Assembly (NCBI GenBank): GCA_044344255.1
Contig: JBIJDH010000008.1
Location: forward strand, 212,640 to 276,639
Origin: Myxococcota bacterium
GTDB taxonomy: Bacteria > Myxococcota_A > UBA796 > UBA2385
Length of the DNA: 64,000 nucleotides
Direction of reading: 5' to 3'
Shown: piece by piece, positions 27,709 through 35,891 of the stretch
Numbering within the stretch: the first letter of the stretch is position 1
Layout: the number at the start of each line of letters is the position of its first letter
The notes under the pieces: model-generated
Databases searched by the model: none
Seen by the model: the letters and a program-made list of their open reading frames with translations, nothing else
What the model was told of the DNA's origin: nothing
Program-made: the position numbers and the translations under genes

Positions 27709-29130
27709 GTGCCCGACTTCCGCAGCTACCTGGAGCTCTCTGAGGAGGGCGGTGGTTCCCACAAGTTCTACGAGGTCGTGATCGAGGGCACCACGCTCAC
27801 GATCCGCTACGGCCGCATCGGCGACAAGGGGCAGTCCCAGGTCAAGGCCTTCCCGAGCTTCGAGAAGGCCAAGGCAGAGGCGGACAAGAAGATCCGCGAG
27901 AAGGCGAGCAAGGGCTACGCCGCCGCGGTGCTGGGGGAGCGTAAGAAGCGCACCGTCACCCGCCGCGAGGTGGTCTCCCGCCCCTCCACCTCCCGCGCCG
28001 CCCCCGTGCTCTGGCAATTCGACTCTGGCAGCGCGGCCTTCGGCGTCTTCGTCGACGCCGGGCTCTGCTGGGTGGGCAACCAGAAGGGCAACGTCTACGC
28101 CCTCGACCACGCGGGCAAGGTCGTCTGCAATTACCAGCTCCCCGACGGCGTGAAGTGCCTCGTGGCCGACGGAGAGTGGCTCTACGCCGGCTGCGACGAC
28201 GGCAACGTCTATGACCTCACGAGCAAGGCGCCGCGGGTGGCCTACCGCATCTCCGAGAGCGTCGACATCCTCTGGATCGACATCAAGGACGGCGTGCTCG
28301 GCGTGGGCGACACCGGCGCCCAGATCAGCGTCTTCAACCACGAAGAGGAGACCTGCTGGACCCAGAAGCAGCAGGGTGGCTACGGCTGGATGGTGCGCTG
28401 CGACGAGATCGGCGTCTACTTCGGCTGCGGGGCCCGGGTGACGATGTACGACTGGCAGGACGGCCGCGTCGTCTGGGAGCACGCGCTCGGCGGCGGGGTG
28501 CTCTTCGGCTGGCAAGAAGAGAGCGCGGTCTACGCGGCCTGCGGCGACAACCTGATCTACAAGGTGTCCAAGCGCGGTGAGCGCCTCGCCACCTACCGCT
28601 GTGACGCCGGCGTCTTCTCTTGCGCCACCGCCCCCGACGGCGCCTTCGTCTTCGCCGGCGACAACAGCTCCTCGATCTACTGCTTCGACGCCGAGGGCAA
28701 GCGCCTCTGGAAGGTGGGCACGGGCGCCGGCTCGGCCCTCTCCATGCAGTTCTTCGGCGATCGGCTCTTCATCGTCACCTCCGGCGGGGCGCTCTGCTGC
28801 CTCGACGTGCGCGCCGAGGCCATCGCCGCCGCCGAGCAGGGCACCGTGCCGGTGATGCTGAAGATCGCCGCCCCCACGGCACCTGCGGTCCAGGTGAGCA
28901 CCACCGTCGAGACCACCGCCACCGCCGGCAGCGGCGTCGTGGTGGAGTGTGTCGAGGTCGGCAGCCAGCTCCGGGTGCGGCCGGTCGGCGCCGGCTTCCA
29001 CGCCGACTGGTTCGTCCAGTTCCCGAAGGACCTCCGCGTCGTCGGCGCCCGCTACGTGGTGGCGGAGCTCCGCGAGTCCAGCCGCGGCGGCTTCTACCGG
29101 GCCTTCGGCGAGATCAAGAAGCTGGGATGA
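27709..29130 (+). CDS. WGR domain + PQQ-like beta-propeller protein (first gene of the retron-linked operon)
   Basis: YLELSEEGGGSHKFYEV...IRYGRIGDKGQ...KASKGY (WGR); W-terminated blades; C-terminal VQFPKDLR..GARY....GGFYR domain. Confidence 0.87.
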   Translation: MPDFRSYLELSEEGGGSHKFYEVVIEGTTLTIRYGRIGDKGQSQVKAFPSFEKAKAEADKKIREKASKGYAAAVLGERKKRTVTRREVVSRPSTSRAAPVLWQFDSGSAAFGVFVDAGLCWVGNQKGNVYALDHAGKVVCNYQLPDGVKCLVADGEWLYAGCDDGNVYDLTSKAPRVAYRISESVDILWIDIKDGVLGVGDTGAQISVFNHEEETCWTQKQQGGYGWMVRCDEIGVYFGCGARVTMYDWQDGRVVWEHALGGGVLFGWQEESAVYAACGDNLIYKVSKRGERLATYRCDAGVFSCATAPDGAFVFAGDNSSSIYCFDAEGKRLWKVGTGAGSALSMQFFGDRLFIVTSGGALCCLDVRAEAIAAAEQGTVPVMLKIAAPTAPAVQVSTTVETTATAGSGVVVECVEVGSQLRVRPVGAGFHADWFVQFPKDLRVVGARYVVAELRESSRGGFYRAFGEIKKLG

Positions 29131-32100
29131 AGCTCCTCGACCAGCGCATCCTCGTCTGGCGGGACGGCAGCGTCGACCGCATCCACGAGGTCGACCTGCT
29201 CGAGCTCTCCCCCGGGCGGGCCGTCGTCAACTTCCGCTACGGCAAGCGGGGGGGCCCCCTCCGGGACGGCTCGAAGACCCCGATGCCCGTGCCCCTCGAG
29301 CAGGCCCGCGCCCTCTTCCTAAGAGAGATCGCCGCGAAGATCGAGAAGGGCTACGTCGAAGACACAAGCGCGGTGCCCGGCGGTGGGGCCGAGCGCCCGC
29401 CGCCTTCGACGGCCTCTCCGCCCGCCGCCGCGCCGACGCTGCGGGCCGTTCCGCCTCCCCCTCCGCCCTCGGGGGCCGGCCCCGAGGGCGCCCTGCTCCG
29501 CCGCCTCGCCGAGGGGGAGCGCCCCGCCGCGCCCGCCACCCCCGACCGCCCCGCGACCTTCCTCCGCGGCTCGGCCGGCATCGTCGCCCGCCAGCGCCGC
29601 CGCGTCCGTAAGCCCCGCCCCCTCTACCGGGTGATCGAGCGGGTGGGGGAGCTGCGCCTGGAGGCGGCGCTGCCCTACCTCTTCGACCTCCTGCCACGCG
29701 CCGACGTCCGTCTCGCCTATGTGATCGCGGGGGCCCTCGGGCGGATCGGCGGCCCGGAGGCCTCCGCGGCGCTCGTCCCCCTGCTCCAGCACGCGGACGA
29801 GCCCCTGCGCCGCCGCGCCGTCGAGGCGCTCCGCTTGCACGCCCCGCCCGAGGCGCGGGTGGGCCTCGCCGAGTCCCGCACCGACCGCCTCCCCGAGCCC
29901 CTCCGCGCCGCCGTGAAGAGCCACCGGCCCGAGCGGGTGGCCGACGAGGTCACCGCCCTGCTCGCGGAGCCCAGCCTCGAGCGGGCCATGCTGCTGGGCG
30001 AGCTCTACCTCATCGACAGCGAGGCCGTCCGCCCGGCGCTGCTCGAAGCGGCGCGCACCCTCCCCCTCCGCCCGCCCTTCCTGCGCGTGCTCCGCCACCT
30101 GTTCAAGGCCGCAGAGTACCGCCGCGATCCCGCCCTCTGGGGCACCCTCGCCTGGCGCTTCGAGACCACCCGCGCCGCCTTCCGGGTCGGCAAGCGGATC
30201 GGCAGCGGGCGCTTCGGCGAGCGGGTCGTGAACATCTCGTTGAACGGCGAGCGGAAGACCCAGGTGATGTCCCGCATCGGCGCCGCCGACAGCGCGCTCG
30301 GGTACAGCGACCGCACCCGCAAGTACCTGCGCATCCGCTGCTGGCGCCTGCTGCGCCGGCTCGGCCAGGATGGCGGCCCTGACTACGTCCGAATGGCCGT
30401 CGGCGCCCTCCTGCCCTGGACCGACGCCGACCGCGTCGAGCCCCGCGTCCAGCCCGGCCTCGAGGCCGCCCCGCCCACCTCGGGCGCGCGGGGTCGCGGG
30501 CCGATGCTCTCGGTCCCCTATCCGCTCTTCCACAGCCTCGTTCACGGCAACAGCGGGCGCTTCCTCCGCTCCAAGCGCGGCAGGATGGCCTGGCTCCCGG
30601 CCAACGCTCCGAAGACCGGCATCCCCCGCGAGGAGGCCTTCGCCGAGCTCTGGGACCGCGCCCCCGCCGGCCTCCTGCATCTCCTCGCCGAGAGCCGCTG
30701 TGAGGCGGTGCACGTCTTCGCGGTGCGGGCGCTCCAGGCGAACGCCCCCTTCGTAGACACCCTCGACAAGGGCGTGGCGCTCATGCTGCTCGAGCGGCCC
30801 TACGAGGGGACGGTGGCCCTCGGCCTCAAGGTCGCCCGGCTCCGCTGGCCCCCGCAGGGGGATCGTGACCTGCTGCTCGCCGCGGCCCACGCCGCCCACC
30901 TCCCGGCCCGCAGCCAGGCCTGGCAGTGGATGAGCCAGTCGCCACACCTGCTCGCGAACGACAGCGACGGCATCGCGACCCTCCTCTCCGGGCCTTGGAG
31001 CGACACCCGCGCCGTGGCCCGTCAGCAGCTCGACCGGATGGTGCTCGCGCCCGACCTCGCCCGGGCCCTGGTGGTCCGCCTCGTCTCGAGGCTGTTGCCC
31101 CTCCGCGGACCGGCGGCGGCGGACGTGGTCGCCGCCCTCGGGGGCCCGCTCGAATATTCATTCGTGACCGTCGGGCTGAGCGTCCTCCGCGATCTCATGG
31201 CCCACCCCGAAGAGGCTGTGCAGGCCCTGGTGGCGCGGGTGTTGGCGGCGCGGCCCGCCGATCAAGAGGCCGCCCTCGGCCTCCTCCTCCGATCCACCTT
31301 CCCGGCCATCCGCGCGACCGCCCTGTCCTGGCTCGACGGGCTCGGCGTCGAGGCGCTGCTCGCCCGCCCGGGGCTGCTGCTCGCCCTCGCCGCCAGCGCC
31401 GACCCCCTCCTCCGCGAGCGCGGCCTGCTGCTCGCCCGTTCGGCCGTCGAGAGCGGCGGGGGCGACAACGGCGGCGCCGCTGACCTCGCCCTCGCCGCGA
31501 CCGCGCTCCTGCTCGAACCGCTCCCCGCCGGGGCCCCCACCGGCCTCGTGAGCCTGCTCGAGGCCCTGCCCGACGCCGCCCTGGCGGACATCCCCGAGGA
31601 GCGGCTCCACGAGCTCCTCCGCTCCAAGCGCCCCACCGCCGTCGAGGCCGGCGGCCTCGTCCTCGGGGCCCTGCCCGCCGATCGAGCCCTCGATCCCGCG
31701 CTGTACCAGCTCGTCCACCACGAGGCCCGGCGGGTGCGCGAGGGCCTCCTCCGCGCGCTCCAGCGCCGCGCCTCCACCCTGTCGGGCGCGCTCGCCGAGC
31801 TCACCCCCCTCACCGACTGCCGTTGGCCCGAGAGCCGAGAGGGCCTGTTCGCCCTGCTGCTGCGCCTCCCCGCCGAGGCCTGGACGGTGGAGCACCTCTC
31901 CACCCTGTCCGACTCCAACCGCCCCGACGTACAGCGCTTCGCCGTGCAGATCATCCAGCGGGCCACCCCGCCCGGCCAGGAGGCGCCCCTGCTCCGCCGC
32001 CTCGCCGAGCACCCGAGCCCGCGCATCCAGTCCGTGGCCGTCAGCCTGCTCGAGGGCGTCGCCGAGGGGGCCGCCCTCATCCCCGAGCTCGAGCCCTTCT

Positions 32101-32348
32101 TTCGTGTCCTGCTCGGGCAGATTGGCCGCGCCACCGCAGCGCGCCTGCGGCTGCAGGCCTGGCTGCTCCGGGCCGCCCTCGAGGAGGAGACCGCCGCCCG
32201 CGTCGCCCTCTCGGTGCTCGGCCCCCTCTCCGCCACCACCGCCATCGAAGACCGAGCGCGCATCATCGAGGCCCTCGCGGCCCTGCGACGCCGCTGGCCC
32301 GCCCTCGAGGGCCCCCTCCGACCCATCCCCGTGGAGCTGCGCGCATGA
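29127..32348 (+). CDS. WGR-like domain + HEAT/ARM repeat protein, 1073 aa (retron-associated)
   Basis: ATGA overlap with the upstream stop; VNFRYGKRG...KIEKGY; ALGRIGG...LRRRAVEAL HEAT; RHLFKAAEYRRD, YSDRTRKYL, LLAESRCEAVHVFA. Confidence 0.85.
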   Translation: MKLLDQRILVWRDGSVDRIHEVDLLELSPGRAVVNFRYGKRGGPLRDGSKTPMPVPLEQARALFLREIAAKIEKGYVEDTSAVPGGGAERPPPSTASPPAAAPTLRAVPPPPPPSGAGPEGALLRRLAEGERPAAPATPDRPATFLRGSAGIVARQRRRVRKPRPLYRVIERVGELRLEAALPYLFDLLPRADVRLAYVIAGALGRIGGPEASAALVPLLQHADEPLRRRAVEALRLHAPPEARVGLAESRTDRLPEPLRAAVKSHRPERVADEVTALLAEPSLERAMLLGELYLIDSEAVRPALLEAARTLPLRPPFLRVLRHLFKAAEYRRDPALWGTLAWRFETTRAAFRVGKRIGSGRFGERVVNISLNGERKTQVMSRIGAADSALGYSDRTRKYLRIRCWRLLRRLGQDGGPDYVRMAVGALLPWTDADRVEPRVQPGLEAAPPTSGARGRGPMLSVPYPLFHSLVHGNSGRFLRSKRGRMAWLPANAPKTGIPREEAFAELWDRAPAGLLHLLAESRCEAVHVFAVRALQANAPFVDTLDKGVALMLLERPYEGTVALGLKVARLRWPPQGDRDLLLAAAHAAHLPARSQAWQWMSQSPHLLANDSDGIATLLSGPWSDTRAVARQQLDRMVLAPDLARALVVRLVSRLLPLRGPAAADVVAALGGPLEYSFVTVGLSVLRDLMAHPEEAVQALVARVLAARPADQEAALGLLLRSTFPAIRATALSWLDGLGVEALLARPGLLLALAASADPLLRERGLLLARSAVESGGGDNGGAADLALAATALLLEPLPAGAPTGLVSLLEALPDAALADIPEERLHELLRSKRPTAVEAGGLVLGALPADRALDPALYQLVHHEARRVREGLLRALQRRASTLSGALAELTPLTDCRWPESREGLFALLLRLPAEAWTVEHLSTLSDSNRPDVQRFAVQIIQRATPPGQEAPLLRRLAEHPSPRIQSVAVSLLEGVAEGAALIPELEPFFRVLLGQIGRATAARLRLQAWLLRAALEEETAARVALSVLGPLSATTAIEDRARIIEALAALRRRWPALEGPLRPIPVELRA

Positions 32349-33994
32349 TCGTCGAGCACGCCTATCGGGGCCGGTCCCGGGTGCTGGGCGGGGCCCGGTC
32401 CACCTCCCTCTCCTTCGCGCCCGACACGCTGCGCGAGCCCACTCGGCTCGTCGCCGAGCTTCGCCGCCCCCTGCCCTTTCGCGAGGCGATCAGCGCGCTG
32501 CACGACGTGGTGGTCTCGAACCTCCGCTTCGTCCCGAAAGACCGCACCGCCTGGCGCGCCTGGCTGGCCGAGCAGGGCGACCTCCTCGACTGGCGCGGCA
32601 TTCACAGCCAGCGCGCTCGGCTCGACGAGCGCATCCGCACCTTACAAGCCGAGCTCCAGGAGCTCAACCTGCGCCGAGAGGCCCGGGGCCGGACCTGGAA
32701 GGACGCCGAGCGAAGGTACTTCAATTATCTGTACGAGCGTGACCGAGACGCCTGGATCGTGCTCGACCCCGTGATCTCCGTGCACCCCGACGAGGTGCTC
32801 TTCGAGTGTTTCTCCGAGGACGAGAGCAGCTATGGCCGCCTGTCGGTGGTCCACGACGAGCTCGCCCGCGAGGGGGAGGTGGCCTACGGCACCACCAACA
32901 TCGACTACTCGGCGCCGCTCTATGAAGAATTCCAGAAGATCCGCTCCTACAAGCGCACCCGCCTGTCGGTAGACCCCCAGGGCCTCGGGGTGCAGCAGGG
33001 AGAGGCCGCCGCCTATCGAGAGGAGAAGATCGACCTCCCGGAGAGCTGGGTGCGCGGCTTCCTCCAGGTGAGCGCCGCGATGGGCATGGAGGCCACGGTC
33101 CTCGATCTCCAGCCGATGGACGTCCACGCGCTGCTCTTCGCGCTGCGCCGCCGGCGCGAGAAGAGGGGCCCCCGCTCGCTCCGCTTCCGCCTGCGGCCGG
33201 GGCAGCCGGTGTCGGTGGTGGTCGAGCCCTGGTTCCAGGAGCTGACCTTCCCCCGCAGCCCATACACCGGAAACGTCGAGACCGAGGTGCGCCTCTGGGG
33301 GCGGCGCCGGCTCTTCATCCTCGAGCGGCTGCTCCCCTGGGCCCGGAGCGTGCGGCTCCACCTGCTCGGCACCGGCCTCCCCTCCTTCTGGGAGGTCGAC
33401 CTCGGCGGGCTCCGCTTCACGCTCGGCCTGTCCGGCTGGACGGCGAATGACTGGTCCCGGGCCGGGCACTTTGACCTCCTCGCGCCCCGCGGGCGGGTCG
33501 ACGACAACACGGCCGTGCGCGTGATCGACGCGCTCCGCCGCGCCTGGGTCTCCGACGCCGACAGCCTCTCTCGCACCCTCGGCCTCGACCGCCCGACGGT
33601 CCTCTCCGCCCTGCTCGGCCTCGCGCAGGCCGGCCGCGCCATCCCCGATCTCGGCACCGATCGCTGGCGCGCCCGCGAGCTCACCCGCGAGCCCTTGCCG
33701 CTGGCCGCGCTGCGCTTCGCCGACCCCCGCGAGGAGCTGGCCCGCGGTCTCGTCAACAGCCGCGCCGTGAACATGCGCCGCCCCACGCTGGCCGCGGACG
33801 GCAGCCTCGAGGTGGCCGGCACCGTCCGCGGGGAGGAGCGCCTCTACACCGTGAGCCTCGTCCTCGACGCCGATCAGCGCATCACCGACGGGAGCTGCGG
33901 CTGCAGCGCCTTCACCCACAACCGGATGCGGAAGGGGCCCTGCGCCCACATCCTGGCCCTCCGGATCCGCCACGGACAGGGCGGTGTCGCGTGA
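32345..33994 (+). CDS. SWIM zinc-finger protein with a wHTH-like segment, 549 aa (retron-associated)
   Basis: ATGA overlap; LDPVISVHPD.VLFECFS.DESSYG, SWVRGFLQV, LGLSGWTANDW; C-terminal CGC...GPCAH (CxC..CxH). Confidence 0.88.
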   Translation: MIVEHAYRGRSRVLGGARSTSLSFAPDTLREPTRLVAELRRPLPFREAISALHDVVVSNLRFVPKDRTAWRAWLAEQGDLLDWRGIHSQRARLDERIRTLQAELQELNLRREARGRTWKDAERRYFNYLYERDRDAWIVLDPVISVHPDEVLFECFSEDESSYGRLSVVHDELAREGEVAYGTTNIDYSAPLYEEFQKIRSYKRTRLSVDPQGLGVQQGEAAAYREEKIDLPESWVRGFLQVSAAMGMEATVLDLQPMDVHALLFALRRRREKRGPRSLRFRLRPGQPVSVVVEPWFQELTFPRSPYTGNVETEVRLWGRRRLFILERLLPWARSVRLHLLGTGLPSFWEVDLGGLRFTLGLSGWTANDWSRAGHFDLLAPRGRVDDNTAVRVIDALRRAWVSDADSLSRTLGLDRPTVLSALLGLAQAGRAIPDLGTDRWRARELTREPLPLAALRFADPREELARGLVNSRAVNMRRPTLAADGSLEVAGTVRGEERLYTVSLVLDADQRITDGSCGCSAFTHNRMRKGPCAHILALRIRHGQGGVA

Positions 33995-34022
33995 CGCAGC
34001 CCTTCCCAAGCCCACTCCCCCA

Positions 34023-34279
34023 CGATAAGCCACCCCTGCAACCGCGGTCTCTGGCGAGCCTTGCAACCCGGCCGGCGCTTCGCCGTCCTTGCGACCCGCT
34101 TCGTCATGCGTCACTGGCCTGCTCATCACCGGGCGGGGCCACGCCCTGGTGGGGCGGATGCGGTCTGGCTTCCGAGAAGCCAGGCACGCCCCACCAGGGC
34201 CGGCCCCGCTTCAGTCGAGCGAGTCCAGTCCCGAGCCTCCTCGAAGACCCCAGAGACCGCGGTTGCACCTATCTTATCG
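34023..34279 (+). ncRNA. Retron msr-msd ncRNA
   Basis: Perfect 18-bp inverted repeat 34037-34054 / 34250-34267 plus outer 7-bp pair 34023-34029 / 34273-34279; long hairpin 34133-34209; small hairpin 34073-34085; lies directly upstream of a retron RT. Confidence 0.88.
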
Positions 34280-34301
34280 CGCCCACCCGCAGGGCCGTCC
34301 G

Positions 34302-35876
34302 ATGAGCGAGAGTGAGCGCGAGAGAGCGAGCGAGAGACCCCGCTCCCGGCAAGCGATCTACGATCACATCCGAGCCTCGTCCAAGGATGAGTTCATCCGC
34401 GAGGACATGGTGCGCCTCGGCTTCTGGCCGAGCCGCGAGCCCCGCCCGAGCGACCCCGCCGAGGAGCAGCGGCGCCGCGAGGAGATCTTGCGCGAGCTCC
34501 GCGCGCTCCAGACCGAGGGCTCCCGCCTCAAGGACGAGGCGAAGCTCAAGGCCGAGGCGCGGAAGCAGCGCATCGAGGCCAGCCGGGCCAAGCAGCAGGC
34601 GAACAAGGCCCGACGCGCCACCGATCGAGCGGCGGCCGCGGAGGCGTGGCGGGCCCGCGGCGAGTCCGAGCTGCTCTACCTCGGAGCGGGCGCCTCGGCG
34701 GGCCTCGGGCCCACCGGCACAGCGGCCACCGGCACAGCGCACCCCTCGCTCCCCGCGTTGGAGGGGCCCCTGTCGCTCGCCCGCTGGCTCGGCCTCAGCA
34801 TGGGCCAGCTCCGCTTCCTCGCCTTCCAGCGCACGGTGAGCCGGGTCTCTCACTACGCCCGCTTCCGCATCCCCAAGAAGACCGGCGGTGACCGCCTCAT
34901 CTCCGCCCCGATGCCCCGCTTGAAGGCCGTGCAGCACCGCATCGCCACGGCGCTCCTCCGCGAGGTGCCGGTGCACGAGCGCGCCCACGGCTTCGTGCCC
35001 GGCCGCTCGATCACCACCAACGCCGCCCCCCACGTGGGCGCGGCCGTCCTCGTGAACCTCGATCTCCAGGACTTCTTCCCCTCGATCCACTGGCGGCGGG
35101 TGCGGGGCGTCTTCCGAACGCTCGGGTACTCCGAGGCCGTATCGACGGTGCTGGCGCTGCTCTGCACCGAGGCCCCCGTGGAGGCCTGGGAGCTCGACGG
35201 TCAGCGCTGGTTCGTGCAGACGGGCCCACGGGCGCTGCCCCAAGGTGCGCCCACCTCCCCCGCGCTCACGAACCTCCTCTGTCGGAGCCTGGACAGACAG
35301 TGTGAGAAGCTGGGAGAGCGCCTCGGCTTCACCTACACCCGATACGCCGACGACCTCACCTTCTCCTCGACCGATCCCGAGGCCCGGGTGGGCGCCCTCC
35401 TCTATCGCCTCCGCAAGGACCTCGATCGGCACGGCCTCACCGAGCACCCCAAGAAGACCCGGGTGCTCCGACAGGGTCGGCGCATGGAGGTGACAGGCCT
35501 CATCGTCAATCACAAGCTGGCGGTTCCCCGAGAGGAGCTCCGGCGTTTCCGGGCGGTCCTCCACAAGATAGACCGCGCCGGGCCCACCGGGGCCGAGTGG
35601 CGCCCCGGGATCGAGCTCTGGGCCGGGCTCCGCGGCTTCGCTGGATACGTCTTCATGGTCGATCCCGCGCGCGGTCAGACGCTGCGAGACCGGGTCGAAG
35701 AATTGGCGGGTCGATACGAGGTGAAGGCGCCCGCGCCCGTGGTGAGGAGCGCCCCTGTCGCGGCCCCCGTGGTCGCGCCGGTGGTGACGGCGGCTCCAAC
35801 GGTCACTGCGCCCCTGCCCGAAGTCGCGCCCGCGCCGGAGCCGCCGGCGAAGAAGCCGTGGTGGAAGCTTTTCTAA
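34302..35876 (+). CDS. Retron-type reverse transcriptase, 524 aa
   Basis: IPKKTGGDRLISAP, AHGFVPGRS, NAAPH (retron region X), DLQDFFPSI, LPQGAPTSP, YTRYADDLTFS, HPKKT, VTGLIV (region Y); charged helical N-terminal extension. Confidence 0.96.
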   Translation: MSESERERASERPRSRQAIYDHIRASSKDEFIREDMVRLGFWPSREPRPSDPAEEQRRREEILRELRALQTEGSRLKDEAKLKAEARKQRIEASRAKQQANKARRATDRAAAAEAWRARGESELLYLGAGASAGLGPTGTAATGTAHPSLPALEGPLSLARWLGLSMGQLRFLAFQRTVSRVSHYARFRIPKKTGGDRLISAPMPRLKAVQHRIATALLREVPVHERAHGFVPGRSITTNAAPHVGAAVLVNLDLQDFFPSIHWRRVRGVFRTLGYSEAVSTVLALLCTEAPVEAWELDGQRWFVQTGPRALPQGAPTSPALTNLLCRSLDRQCEKLGERLGFTYTRYADDLTFSSTDPEARVGALLYRLRKDLDRHGLTEHPKKTRVLRQGRRMEVTGLIVNHKLAVPREELRRFRAVLHKIDRAGPTGAEWRPGIELWAGLRGFAGYVFMVDPARGQTLRDRVEELAGRYEVKAPAPVVRSAPVAAPVVAPVVTAAPTVTAPLPEVAPAPEPPAKKPWWKLF

Positions 35877-35891
35877 ACGAGACCGGCTTCG

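Noticed and set aside
28620..29126. Upstream extensions of track ORFs (28620, also 31823, 6840, 16377, 40327, 51381)
   Set aside because: They overlap the preceding real genes in another frame; downstream starts with stop/start coupling or an RBS were used instead
33991..34305. 104-aa ORF between the SWIM gene and RT, and the 34089 extension of the RT ORF
   Set aside because: Both overlap the structured msr-msd region and have no protein-like features; ATG 34302 is the plausible RT start
34302..35876. RT as a group II intron, DGR or CRISPR-associated RT
   Set aside because: It has retron-specific NAxxH and VTG and an upstream a1/a2 ncRNA; no maturase/intron domain V, TR/VR pair, cas genes or array was seen
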